64,000 bases of DNA from Lama guanicoe (taxonomy: Eukaryota): contig MU054212.1 of the NCBI GenBank assembly GCA_013239625.1, forward strand, positions 5,490,270 to 5,554,269, written 5' to 3'. A program made the position numbers and the translations under genes. Shown here in pieces: positions 12,101 to 24,996 of the stretch. The notes under the pieces were generated by a model that saw only the letters and a list, made by a program, of their open reading frames with translations, had not been told where the DNA came from and ran no database searches. Numbering within the stretch: the first letter of the stretch is position 1; every line of letters starts with the position of its first letter.

Positions 12101-13760
12101 TGATGTAGAAAAAAATCAAAGAACTGGTTCAGACAAAGTAAGCAGCACATGGTAAAAAAGTGGCCGGTGGTGATCTTTATCACAAGAATTTCCACGAAGA
12201 GCTGAAGGTACAGAAAGTAATGTCATAGGGAAATCGAGGAAAAATCTTTCTCTCGAAAAGTTCAGTTTCAAAGAAAAAAGAGAGCTGGAGGGAAACAGAG
12301 GAGGACAAGGAGTCAGGAGAATGTTTTTAAGTGGAAAAGACTTGATCGAACATTAACTCAGTGCTGGAACTTCACACCAGGTGAGTTTAGTGACAGCAGT
12401 AACCCCAGTGCGTTTGTTCTAATTACAAACCAGCAGTTTCACGACAAGACCCCGCTGTAATCGGGCACCGTTGTACCATCTTCTAATTTATTTTTATTTA
12501 ACATGCAGAGTCTCTATCAAAGCAAAGATCTGCAAGTTCAGATGATTTGCTGGATCTGAAATATACCTATACAAGTTATACGCACTGTCTCGCTGCCTTA
12601 GGAAAAAATACCAGAAAAGAGAACTGAAAAGTAGCCATTTGGTGGCACTGCTGCCCCACATTTTTTGCTTAGGTTGTTGCGACCGTAAAATTCTATTACC
12701 CTCCCCACCCCACCCCCCAAAAGAACCAAAACCAAAACAAACAAAAAATTCCTGATCATCCAATCTCCTTGATGGTGTATTTGTGTCATTATAAATGCAA
12801 GTTCAGGAGCATACGTCTAAGCTAATGGAAGGAGAACTGAAAATAAAGTTAAAATCAAGGCTGAGCCCACAGTGCTGTTTCACATTCCCTCTGGTCTCTG
12901 TTCCTTCCTGCCCACCTCCAGGTGCCTTCCCAGGTTTCTTTTCAGAGGGCATCCACAACCCCCCCGCCCCGTGTCAATATTTCCAGATTTACTTTTCCAG
13001 TCCTGATTTTTCACCCAACTCCTAACCCCATCTGAATGCCTTTGACTTAAACTCAGATCCAAAACTAACATCATCACCTTTACTCACTACAGTAAAATGA
13101 GTTTACACATTCACTGTGACATTTTGTTGCATTTCTGTAAAAAAAAAATACACCTAAAATTATATTCTGGTAAAAGTTAATAATTTTAAGTCCTTTTAAG
13201 GAGTGTTCCTGACAGAGAACAGGTAAATAGGAGTGAGTATGTCATGGTGACGTGGCCAGTCATTGTCACCGGCTCTAGCATCAAATGGCAAAGAAGAAAT
13301 ATAAAGTACAGTTCAATCATTTCATCCTCAGATATAAAATAAGAACCTAGTGTGAGTCAAACACTGTTAAGGGGACTGGGTCTACTCTCTGAATGGAGAG
13401 ATAATTACAGGGTTCCACATGCGGACGTGGCCAGCACAGATGGACTGATTTTTGCCTGATGGTGGGGAGGAAGTGAAAAAGACAGTTGATAAGAAAAGCA
13501 CCTTCACCCTGAGACAGAGAAAAGGCTTGATGCAAAGTCACTGCCCCTGGCTGTGGCTTCTGTCACACTGACTCCACTTTCTGTTTTGTTGCTTAAAAGT
13601 AAACAATCTAATCATTTATCCATTTGAAATATGTCTTATCCATCCCTGTTTTAATATTCCAATCACCGTTATCCTAATAGAGTTAATCTCATGTGAATCT
13701 ACCAAGAGATCCGAGTCCTTCATCCTGCCCGTTCCTAACGTCCTCGCTGGTCACCCTCCA

Positions 13761-13940
13761 GGACCAGCATCACCCTGCTCGCACTCTGCCACTTCCGTGC
13801 ACAAAAGCCTCGACTGGTTCTCCCTGACCGAGAGAATCTGACCAAGTTAAGGACCAGCATCACACCGCTCGCACTCTGCCACTTCCGTGCACAAAAGCCT
13901 CGACTGGTTCTCCCTGACCGAGAGAATCTGACCAAGTTAA
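13761..13940. repeat. 90-bp tandem duplication (2 copies)
   Basis: 13761-13850 versus 13851-13940, 88 of 90 identical (caccctgctc versus cacaccgctc). Confidence 0.97.
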
Positions 13941-14038
13941 AAATATAAATTAACTCCTAAATTTTGAAATAACTTCATAAGGATGAGTTAAACAAATGAT
14001 ACTCATAGATAAATACTCATTAAAGAAAAATTACTCAC

Positions 14039-14160
14039 CACCTTATCATCTCCAGGTGCTTCTGTGTTGGATATAATTAAGTTTTGCTGTGCCAGATCTT
14101 CAGGAAAACCCTTTCTTTTTTTGGCACTAAAAACTCCACATACTAAAGTTAGCAATACAG
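14039..14160 (-). CDS. DSC3: DSC3 exon 14, downstream copy (122 nt)
   Basis: (S)[40 protein letters not shown] with CAG acceptor and GTGAGT donor; identical to 15380-15501; only one copy can be used in frame. Confidence 0.85.
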
Positions 14161-14709
14161 CTGAGTTAAAACAGAAACAAAAACAAAGCTTAACACGCAT
14201 AAAATAAAACAGTCATCTTTTATGTCTTATTACCTAAGGTGCACAAGAGGAAACTGAAGTCATTAAGCACAGTATACATGAATTACCTTGCTCTTTCTAA
14301 ATTAACAGGCCATGATTTAGCTTAGATTTTAAAATTTAAAATGATTATATGTATATTTTAATTATAGCCCTCTTTAAAAATTTGAATTCCGCCCATCATT
14401 TTAAAGTATTTTGAATCATGAATTAAACAGTAATTAAAAAAAATCAATGGCATTCATTTAAGGCAAAGCCTTTAAAGAGATTTATTGATTCTCGAAAGAG
14501 TGGCTTGCCTACATGAAAATATAACAGAACAGACTTTATTTCCCAGAATAGATTTATCTCCAAGTGTCTTTATTCAACCTACTTTGTGTTTTGCCTATTG
14601 AGAATTTTCATTCCACATCATAATTGTGGGAGGTTGAAATATGTGATAATAAAATTAATAGCAACAACGGGTTTTTATTGTGTTGTACAAGGTTTTACGA
14701 TACTCTACA

Positions 14710-15020
14710 AGCCCCACTGCCAGACTAAAGCCCCAAACCCAGCCCACTGTGTCCTGAGCTGTGTTTTTTTTAATATTTTAAATGATTAAAAAATAAAAAG
14801 AGTAATAGTTTATTACATGTAAAAATTATATGAAATTCAAATTTTGGTGTCATAAATAAAGCTCTCATGGAACACAGGCATGTTTATGGTTTAAATATGC
14901 TCTGTGGCTGCTTTCTTGCTAGAAGGGCAGATTTGCTCAGTTACAGCTGAAACCATATGGCCTGCAAAGTTTAAAATATATAGTAACTGGCCCTTTATAG
15001 AGGAAGTGCGCCAACCGCTG
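14710..15020. mobile_element. MER58-like hAT transposon (second copy at about 16051-16361)
   Basis: aaataaagctctcatggaacacag...tggctgctttc...ccatatggcctgcaaagtttaaaatat...ctggccctttatagaggaagt. Confidence 0.75.
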
Positions 15021-15379
15021 GCAGCTCTGTGCAGCCGCTTGTTACCTTTCTGGTTCCCTCTATTACCCCTCCCCTCATCCACTGCTCCGTAGCCACACTG
15101 GTGCCCCGCCATCCTTGACTTCTCCAGACATTGCCTCACTTCAGGGCCTTTGAATGCCTTTCCCCTCTTCCAAAAAGCATCCAAAATAACTTCTCAGTTA
15201 GGCTAGCCTAAGCATCTATTGAAAATTGCAGTCACCAGCACCCATCCCTACACACTGACCGAGAGAATCTGACCAAGTTAAAAATATAAATTAACTCCTA
15301 AATTTTGAAATAACTTCATAAGGATGAGTTAAACAAATGATACTCATAGATAAATACTCATTAAAGAAAAATTACTCAC

Positions 15380-15501
15380 CACCTTATCATCTCCAGGTGC
15401 TTCTGTGTTGGATATAATTAAGTTTTGCTGTGCCAGATCTTCAGGAAAACCCTTTCTTTTTTTGGCACTAAAAACTCCACATACTAAAGTTAGCAATACA
15501 G
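15380..15501 (-). CDS. DSC3: DSC3 exon 14, upstream copy (122 nt; end of TM and juxtamembrane)
   Basis: Phase 1 start, phase 0 end; canonical AG/GT; continues the frame from exon 13. Confidence 0.9.
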
Positions 15502-16789
15502 CTGAGTTAAAACAGAAACAAAAACAAAGCTTAACACGCATAAAATAAAACAGTCATCTTTTATGTCTTATTACCTAAGGTGCACAAGAGGAAACTGAAG
15601 TCATTAAGCACAGTATACATGAATTATCTTGCTCTTTCTAAATTAACAGGCCATGATTTAGCTTAGATTTTAAAATTTAAAATGATTATATGTATATTTT
15701 AATTATAGCCCTCTTTAAAAATTTGAATTCCGCCCATCATTTTAAAGTATTTTGAATCATGAATTAAACAGTAATTAAAAAAAATCAATGGCATTCATTT
15801 AAGGCAAAGCCTTTAAAGAGATTTATTGATTCTCGAAAGAGTGGCTTGCCTACATGAAAATATAACAGAACAGACTTTATTTCCCAGAATAGATTTATCT
15901 CCAAGTGTCTTTATTCAACCTACTTTGTGTTTTGCCTATTGAGAATTTTCATTCCACATCATAATTGTGGGAGGTTGAAATATGTGATAATAAAATTAAT
16001 AGCAACAACGGGTTTTTATTGTGTTGTACAAGGTTTTACGATACTCTACAAGCCCCACTGCCAGACTAAAGCCCCAAACCCAGCCCACTGTGTCCTGAGC
16101 TGTGTTTTTTTTAATATTTTAAATGATTAAAAAATAAAAAGAGTAATAGTTTATTACATGTAAAAATTATATGAAATTCAAATTTTGGTGTCATAAATAA
16201 AGCTCTCATGGAACACAGGCATGTTTATGGTTTAAATATGCTCTGTGGCTGCTTTCTTGCTAGAAGGGCAGATTTGCTCAGTTACAGCTGAAACCATATG
16301 GCCTGCAAAGTTTAAAATATATAGTAACTGGCCCTTTATAGAGGAAGTGCGCCAACCGCTGGCAGCTCTGTGCAGCCGCTTGTTACCTTTCTGGTTCCCT
16401 CTATTACCCCTCCCCTCATCCACTGCTCCGTAGCCACACTGGTGCCCCGCCATCCTTGACTTCTCCAGACATTGCCTCACTTCAGGGCCTTTGAATGCCT
16501 TTCCCCTCTTCCAAAAAGCATCCAAAATAACTTCTCAGTTAGGCTAGCCTAAGCATCTATTGAAAATTGCAGTCACCAGCACCCATCCCTACACTCACCC
16601 ACATGCACTCTGTAGCACTGCAGACCCTAATTATTGTGCTCAATTTTTCCCCTCTACAGCATTTAATTTACTAATTAGTTTACTGCCACAAGGCAAACTG
16701 CTTTTGCCTGCTCTGTTCATTGGTGAATCCCAAGCATCTAGATAGTTTCTGACTTACAGTAGGTGTTCAATATATATTTATTTGTTGAG

Positions 16790-17025
16790 TTGATGAAAAA
16801 TAAGAAACACTTAACTAGAAATCTACCATGTGCTGTTTTAAGCTCTGCATTGCATTAACTCAGTGAATCTTCAGGGCTACCCTATACTACAGTTATCCCC
16901 TGGTATCGATGAGGAAGCTGAAGCCGGTGAAAGAACTTGCCCCGGGTCACATGGCTTGCAAATAATAGAGCTGGGGGTCCAAACCCAGGCAGTCTGGTCC
17001 GAGTCTTGCTCTGAACCACTACTCC
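16790..17025 (-). mobile_element. MIR SINE
   Basis: gatgaggaagctgaagc...aacttgccccgggtcacatggct...agagctggg...aacccaggcagtctgg. Confidence 0.75.
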
Positions 17026-17578
17026 TACCACAGAGATAATATAGGCTGATGGATTGGAAGGAAATAAAAAGAGAAAAAAAAAGTATGGTGCCAGGACTAC
17101 ACAGCTGGCGAGGAGGAGGTTAACAGAATGTAATGCTGGCCAAGAGACACCTGAGAAGAGATATTACTGGGAGCTGAACATCTCCCGTGAGTCTGTGGCT
17201 GAAAAGTGAGAAGACGCGAAATGAAAAGTGGCTTTTGGTGGACGTGCCGATGGCAGAGGTTTCAGAATGTTTGATTTAGCCCTAAAAGAGATAGTATACT
17301 AGGACCAAGCCATAAATGCTGTGTTTTGACAAATTGGCACATTCCAAGGAATTTTCAACAGTTCTGTCCAAGTATGAAGTCTTTTATCTCTAAAAGGATC
17401 TTGCTCCCTTCCTTTCACAAAAAATACTCAATCAGAGCTCAGACAATAACAACACAAAAAGAATTTGTAAGGGGGACGCACACCTGATGGGTGAGCGGAC
17501 AAGATTTCTTTTCAAAGATCTCTTCCTGCACTCAGATACTCAGCTTATATTTTAAGTTTAGTAAGTAAAAGGACTTAC

Positions 17579-17803
17579 AAAAAAGTAACGCTATGCCCAG
17601 AAGTATCGCAAGGATCGCCCATTTGCCGAGCGTCACGCCTGCGCTCCGGGCAGTCGCACGGCATTGACTTGGATGAGTGCAGTCACAGAGATTCACTCTC
17701 AAGATTTTGGTTGCAGATTGACCCGCTCTATCCTTTACAGTAACAGGGACATAATATTCTTGAAATTCAGCATTTTTCTGATATGAGAGACGGGCGGCCG
17801 TAT
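17579..17803 (-). CDS. DSC3: DSC3 exon 13 (extracellular anchor and TM start)
   Basis: (D)[16 protein letters not shown]...[17 protein letters not shown]; 225 nt; CAG/GTAAGT. Confidence 0.97.
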
Positions 17804-18584
17804 CTGAAAGAAAATCAAAGATACACATTTTTTAATGAACGTTAACATTTGTTAACATTCCCTTAACGCTTGTTCCACAACACTTGTTTATCAAGGTATT
17901 ATTCTCAAGCAACCACCTGCCATGTGGAAATGAATAAAAGGGGATGACGATCTCCCACTTTTTCAAGCACTAATATATGTTGCCCATTGTAACTTTTTAG
18001 AAGAGAGGCTTAAAAAAGTAATTTGGCATTGGACTGACCCAGCAGCATTTCAACAATATTTATTGTTCCCTTATCTCTTCCCTCATCTACAAACTAATGA
18101 TGCTAGACTGGCTCTTGACATACACTTCAAGCATTTCCCTACATGCCTGCTCATGGTAATCACAGAGAATTAACACCAATAGTTACACACAAAAGATGTC
18201 TTATGTTCATATTCTCTTATCCATTTACCTTCTTGTACCTGTCCGTTATCCTTATTATAAAGTCATTTTTCAAAGCACAATTGACCTTTGATTATTAACG
18301 CCTTCCCTGTGGAAGTAATCTCTAAACCAGAAAGCTAATTAACATCACCCAGGCTAGCTGCAGGCTTACGTAAACACAGACATATCTATATCATAACCAT
18401 ACACATTTTTATCAACTGTGATAGTTCCCCAGTGGTCTTGTGACCTAATTTCAATGAGTTTATCATCAATTGACCAAAAGCTCCACACACTTTCAATGGC
18501 AATTATAGCCTTTTGAGTTTTGCAATAATTGAAATGACAGAGTAGCGTTATGCACCTCCTGGAAGTCATCTGTAAATGCTAAGC

Positions 18585-18770
18585 CTTTTTCTTTCTTTTT
18601 TTAAATTGAACTATAGTTGATTCCAATGGTCCATTAGTTTCTGGTGTACAGCAAAGTTATTCAGACATACACCTATACATTATTTTTTCAGATTCTTTTC
18701 CATTATAGTTTATTACAAGATATTGACTGTAGTTCCTTGTGCTGTGCAGTAAGATCTCATCATTTATCTC
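18585..18770 (-). mobile_element. Short LINE-1 3' end (antisense)
   Basis: T-rich tail, then aattgaactatagttgat...gtttctggtgtacagcaaagt...cagattcttttccattatag...gttccttgtgctgtgcagtaag. Confidence 0.75.
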
Positions 18771-20100
18771 TTAACTGCACTGTTAGAAATGTTAAGAACC
18801 TCAAAAATTTTTGGCTGCACCTCATACCCAGAGCTGCCCAGAGGCATGTGAATTACCACGAAGGTTTGTTTGGAACTTTTCAGGATTATAATGTGTCTAA
18901 AGTAAAATGCTTCAGATCCCTCTCCTCCGTCAAGACCATAAGCTGAGCCATAGGCACGTCTCACTCATTCAGACAGTGCGGCAGCCTCTGCCTTTCCTTG
19001 CCCTTCCATTCCACCCTCTTCAAATTGTCCCCCTGATTGTTACCAACGTCACTTTTTTAGAGACATAAACTTGAGACAGCACTGCCTTGCTTACACACTC
19101 CCAATGTGCACCTGCTCTCACCTACTGAGTAGAATTCGGTCTCCACAGCTGCTACATATGGCCCTTCACCCCAAGGTTCTTCCTCCCACCCAGTCTCTCG
19201 GCCTTCCTACTAACACCGTCTAAACTCTAACAACACTGATTTACTTTTTTCCGCTAATATTTGCCTTCTTTTGTGTATATTTGTTAATCAATTATTGATT
19301 AAACAAACATTTATTTAGCAGTTTGTATCTACTAAGCACTAGGCGAGGTGCTGGAAATACACAGAAGGATTATGAATGTCCTGAGAAACCCATGTATTAG
19401 AGGAGAAAAGTAAACACATAATAATACAACACGTAGACTACACAGAGATACAACAGGTAGATAGTAGGTCCATAAATATTATGAATTAATATCAGGCTAA
19501 GAAGTGGGGAGGTATTCTAGGCAGAAGGAACAGCATATGCAAAAGCCCGGTTGTATGAAAGAGTAAGACATAGTAACAGAACAGCTGTGAAGTGTGGCTG
19601 TCACATGGGAAGCCACACTCCCCGAACCACTATTGTAGGAGGCCAGACTGAAGGCTTCAGTGCCAGGCCTCTGTCCGTATCCCACCATGTTTCCTTCCAG
19701 AATATTAAACAGTGCTTATCCCACACACCCAGAGTCCTCACTTCCAGAGTTTGCTTACACTAAAATTTAAGCTACTCATCTTCTGTTCTTTCTTCATCTC
19801 ACGAAGTGACTTTGAAAACATAGCAAAAGCAATTTGCTTCAATGATAAGTTGCCCAATAGTTCAATAGGATCTTTTTGTCTTTGCTGCAAACGTAAATTT
19901 TGCCATCATAAAAATTATGACTTCTTTCATTTTATGTACCATATATACCACAGGCCCCCTCTGATATTTGCAAAAGGTAAAGATAGTCTTCTAAAGTCGG
20001 TTAATGAGAATCAATTTTACATTATGCTTCATGTGCATAAAGCAGCAAATTCATCCTCAGTGATTTCAGAGCATATAAATCATTATTTTTGATGAAATAC

Positions 20101-20325
20101 CGTTAACTCTGGTGAGGGTCCATATTCTGTTGACTGCCGGAGAAGTGTCTGCCAAGACGAAATAAAATGGAGCCCCATTGATAGGCTCGTCAGGATCAAC
20201 GGCTGAAATGTCAGTGTACTCCATCTTTGGTTTGCAAATTACTAGATAATTTTGAAGTATTTCTGGTGGGTTATCATTCACATCTTCAATGTTAACTGCA
20301 AGTGTTCCGGTACATGATCTGCCAT
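20101..20325 (-). CDS. DSC3: DSC3 exon 12
   Basis: (D)GRSCTGTLAVNIEDVNDNPPEILQ...IWTLTRVN; 225 nt; DxNDN calcium motif. Confidence 0.97.
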
Positions 20326-21180
20326 CTAGGAGGAAAGGAGAGAACTTTAGTGTAGTTCATAGTCTCTTTTACAGTTTCTTAAGAAAACAAAATCAACTAG
20401 ATTCTCTATATGATGTATGGGTTTTTTATTTTAAAAAACTCTGATAATTAGAGGAAATGGTAAATAAAAGCACAGATGGATACACCTGCCCATAGACCTT
20501 TTACCAGAACGATTACCAAAAACTAAACATAAATGTCTAAATTTCAAGCTGTTTCTTTGGGTTCCTTTTGGTGTAGCCATTAAGGAAAAGTCAAGTGACT
20601 ACAGAAAAGCTATTCTACTCCTGGCACACATTTAAACCACCTGGGCAGATTTTTAAAATATATGATACCCAGGCTCCCCAGCCAGGGATTCTGATTCACT
20701 TGGTCTAAGGTAGTGTCTACACCTTGATTTTTTTCTAAAGGGTCCCAAATCATTTTAATACAAAGTCATGGTTGAGAAACTCTGGGTTATTTTAAGAAAC
20801 AGAATTCAAGGAAAGGATACTTTTAACTCCACAGTCAGCTGAGCTATTTAACAGCTCAATTTAAATTGGCATAAAGAGATCTAGAAGAGCCTGGTGAGAC
20901 CATTTCATCTAGTCCCAGACTTAAGCTTCGCCTCTGTCCTCTGACATGGAGCTCTATGAGCATTTAAGGTCTCGCCATGCTAGGGATATAAAACTAAATA
21001 AGGTGTGGTTCCTTGTCACCAAGCAGTTTTCATCTTGCCTGAATGATTAAGAGAAATCAAAACAATCTTTGATTTCCAAAAAGTCCATGTAGTTATCAGA
21101 AGAGTAATTCTGCACAAGAACAACTGCAGTTTATTCTCTTAATTCTTTAATAACATACCAGGTTACAACTTGTATTTTAC

Positions 21181-21323
21181 CTTGATCTAGTGCCAGGACT
21201 GTAATATTATACAAGTCATTTCTGGGAGTTGCAGCCTCCCTGTCCAAGGTTTTGGAAGTTTGGATTGACCCTGAAATTTCATTAATGGTGATCCACCCTT
21301 TAGGATCATGCAATATCTTGTAC
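21181..21323 (-). CDS. DSC3: DSC3 exon 11
   Basis: [29 protein letters not shown]...NITVLALDQ; 143 nt. Confidence 0.97.
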
Positions 21324-21435
21324 CTGTTCATAAAAAGTAAAAGTAGTCTTTAGCACTATAAAATGTATCGAAATAAATTACAGTCTCAATTATTACAAAT
21401 ACATTGTTAGTATGTGGTTATAAATTTCTTTTTAC

Positions 21436-21695
21436 CGTATACCACTGCTGGTTCTATTTTCAGGGTCATGTGCCTTATAGCCATTCATCTTTGACCCCAC
21501 TGCGGAGTTTTCTTTAATCTGTACGTATTGGACTGCAGGGCTGCATTCAGGCCCCTCATCCTGATCCTTCACGTGAACTGTGACCAAGGCCCTGTTCATG
21601 GTTGTCACTCTGAGTGCAGCATCTCTGGTAAATGGAACTTCATTGTTTACTCCAATTTCCAGGACCACTTTCTGGTTTTCTTCATAATTCAGTGG
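21436..21695 (-). CDS. DSC3: DSC3 exon 10
   Basis: [19 protein letters not shown]...[11 protein letters not shown]; 260 nt; AAG acceptor after a poly-T tract. Confidence 0.96.
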
Positions 21696-24300
21696 CTTTA
21701 AAAAAAAAAAAAAGGACAAATATATCAATATCCGTGTAAAATACGTTTGATATTTTAAATAGCACATGAATTTTGTCAATATGAACAGTGCTGCATTTAG
21801 CTGACGTTGACTTTTAACCACTGCTCAAGAGAGAGATGATTCTTCATTAAGACTTTTAACAAGAGTGATCTAAAAGTTTCTGCAGGTGGTTTTATGGAGC
21901 GGTGAAAAGCAGCTCTGAAATGTTTGTATCATTTATTCTTACTGAGGACAATTATTCTGAACCTGAAGATAGTGGAAAAACATGACAGTGTCCCTTATGG
22001 CCCTGCTTAGAGCCCTAACAGACCACCCGAGGGTCTTCTGATGCTCAGAGAATGTGACTTTGACCTACTATTTACCATTAATGACAGCCCGGACATTTTA
22101 CAGCTCTCATAAAATTAGATGTTGACTTAAAACTGAAAAGGTGCAATGACTTTATTTTCTCTCTGATAGAAAAGATATTTCAAATGTTTGTTTTAATTGT
22201 CCTATAAAGCACATAACTGAGAATCTTTATTTCAGATTTTCCTTCTATCAAAATCCATACAGGTTCTCATTTCTTCTTTGGAATCTGCTTTGTCTTTTTG
22301 CTGATTCTCCCAGTGATGAGTTAAGTCAAACTTTTCCCTGGGTTCACTCTCTATTTTTAGGAAAACTATATTTTTGACAATTTGAGAATTATACTTTGGC
22401 ATTTTCTATAGTTTATCCAATGAAACTCTCACAGTGCAAATGCAGGGGAGTAAAAAAAAAAGTGATGTGCTTAATGATACTATTATTATCATCATCCCCA
22501 TTTTACAGAGCAGGGAATTGGAGAAAAGGACTTAAATTGGTTTTCCCAAGACCAAAAGAGACTCATTTGAGCGGGAGTTTGAAGCCACGTGGTCTGGTTG
22601 GAGTCCATTTTCCTACCACAATATAATCCTCCTGCTTAATTGGTTCACCAGCCTCCAAAAACTTTTAAGTCAATTCTTTGATGACAGTTGATCTTTATAC
22701 AGCAAACGAAGCCAAACCCATAAAAAACCATTTTACACCGTACTACAAAGCCAAAGAACTTTCTCTTTGCTTCTCTTTCTGCTTATCAAAATAATCATTG
22801 GCTGAACATTGAACAAAATCAAACCTGATGAGTAAAATTTTTTTTTAAACCTGCCTCCACATCTAGGTATCATCAAGCTGAGTTACTAATACCACAAAAA
22901 GTCCAAGAAGAAGTCGAGAAAATTTCTGAATCTTAGAATCAACAAAATGTACATGAACCTGTTTTTAGTTCTTTTAGTAATATCACAGAAACTGGGGCAT
23001 CAGTGGGAAAAAAGATGAATATCTGTTTATTTGTTGCTAATGAACACTATCTCACAAATTGCATGTGTTGCTACGGTCATGCTGGGAGTCAGAGCATCTG
23101 CTGGCAATGAGAAACGGATGGAAATTTAAGAACCAGCTGCTGCCCTGGAGGTGCAGTTATCTGATCTAGAGTCATTTGCTAAGAGCCCTAGAGATTCTTT
23201 AGGTAATTTTTTTGAGGTTCAAGCTGGATATTGCCTCAGTGGCTTAAAACTCTCCGAGATTAGAAAGCTGGTGGGACAAAATCAATGATTAATGAAAAAA
23301 ATATGAATTCTCTTCAACCACAGGGTACCATCTTGTTTCATCAATTGAAAAAAAATTGTTTAAAAATATCCCATATTTGCAATAAGATGCTGACAGCTCC
23401 CTAGAAAATGTATTGTGGTGGAGATGGAACTGAGGCCCCTCGAATGCTGAGAATGAAGGCTGTGTCTTCCTCACTCAGCCCAGGCGTGCTGCTGCTGGTT
23501 TTCCCACCAGCAATCTAATCTTGAAGTGGAAAGAAAAGACTGAGATGGAAAGATTCCCCAGGACTCAGCTGCTCACACTCTACAGTTTCAGGAGCGCTAT
23601 CTGTGGAAAATTAGAACATTCTTCCCAAGAACATGGTATGACTTCTAAAAATATAATACTAATATCCTATAGCTTACCGACTGCTTGCATTTTCGTTATC
23701 GTCCTTGAATAGCTACTAAGGAAAAGAGGAGACGTAAGGGGAAGAGGACCCCTCGAAACTATATTTCATCCTCAATACCACCTTTAAAAGAATCAGAGCC
23801 AGGAATATATGAAACAGGGAGAGAATGAGAAGAAAAATGAGCTTCTAAACTATAGCATGTAAGGAATAGTTAAAAGAATTGGGAATATTTGTCCTAGAGA
23901 AGGTAAATCTCAAATGGACATAACAGCCTTTTCAAAGGATCAAACCTGTTCTGCACAGCATCAGAGATAAAACCTGATCCAAAGACACGCATTACAAGAA
24001 TAATTTAGGCACAATAGAGGTAAGGACCTCTGAGAATCAGAGCTCTCCAGACGTGGAATAGGCTGCTAATGGAGACATGGAGGTCTTTCCTTATGATCGA
24101 GAATGTTCCACCATACACTAGGTAACTAATAGCTAGTAACAAAATTACAGAAAAAAGGCAAGCATTAAAGCAGAGCAGTTGGACAAAATAGAGGAAGTTC
24201 TCTTCCAAGCTGTAAAGTCTATGATCTGAGACTATTTAGCTGATTAAAGCATTGGTTCATTAAAACTTGTCACATTGTCAATTGCTCATCATTACCGTAC

Positions 24301-24486
24301 CTTTACAACACATAGGACACCTTCATTAGTTTCTTTGTCTGTACTGATTTTGAAATGTCCATTTTCATTGCCCTTTAAAATAGTAAAATTGGCTCTCCAG
24401 TTGGCAGTGTTAATTAAATCCTTATCATCTATAGGTATTCGTAAAATCTCCACATCGACTGTATTTTCCTCTACTGATGCTTCGTA
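24301..24486 (-). CDS. DSC3: DSC3 exon 9
   Basis: [62 protein letters not shown]; 186 nt. Confidence 0.96.
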
Positions 24487-24861
24487 CTGAAACAGAAAGA
24501 GCTCGTTAGAAACTTACTTTATAAAGAAAGTAAAATGTTTCTTCCACTCCAAAAATACTTGCTTTTACAGTTTTTGCCTAGATTATTTTTAAACTGTAAG
24601 TCACAAAGAGCATCGCTTTATTAAGGATTATCTTTTAAGTGAATAAAGAACTTTGTTACAAATGAAAACTAATGTTACAGCCTTCAACAAAAAGGAGGTA
24701 ATATTAATACTAATATGAATAAATAAAAGAGAATTTTATGTCAGATATTTCATTGATTGATAAACTGAAATTGATGCTTCAAAGTATGATAAATATTCTA
24801 TTAATCAGATTGAATAAATAAAAAATGACAATAGAGATAGATTTTGATGTTATCTACTTAC

Positions 24862-24996
24862 AGCATTTTGTCTGAAAGTGGGTAAATTGTCATTTGAATC
24901 TTTCACTGTTATGATGCAAGTTGCTGTATTCATCAGTCCAAAAAACTGACCATCCATGTCTTGGACTTTCATTATCAATGAGTACTTGTCTTTAAC
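24862..24996 (-). CDS. DSC3: DSC3 exon 8
   Basis: [45 protein letters not shown]; 135 nt; not in the ORF track. Confidence 0.96.

Larger units (their letters stand above)
13914..16594. repeat. 1340-bp tandem duplication containing DSC3 exon 14
   Basis: 13914-15253 versus 15255-16594 (offset 1341, one extra A at 15254); one mismatch seen by eye (14286 C, 15627 T); four ORF-track entries repeat identically. Confidence 0.97.

Noticed and set aside
13735..13935. 66-aa ORF with an internal 30-aa repeat
   Set aside because: A by-product of the 90-bp duplication in an intron; no evidence of splice or start context.
14039..15501. Evolved mutually exclusive exon pair
   Set aside because: The copies are identical, so there is no isoform difference, and the 1219-nt spacer does not sterically prevent joint inclusion.
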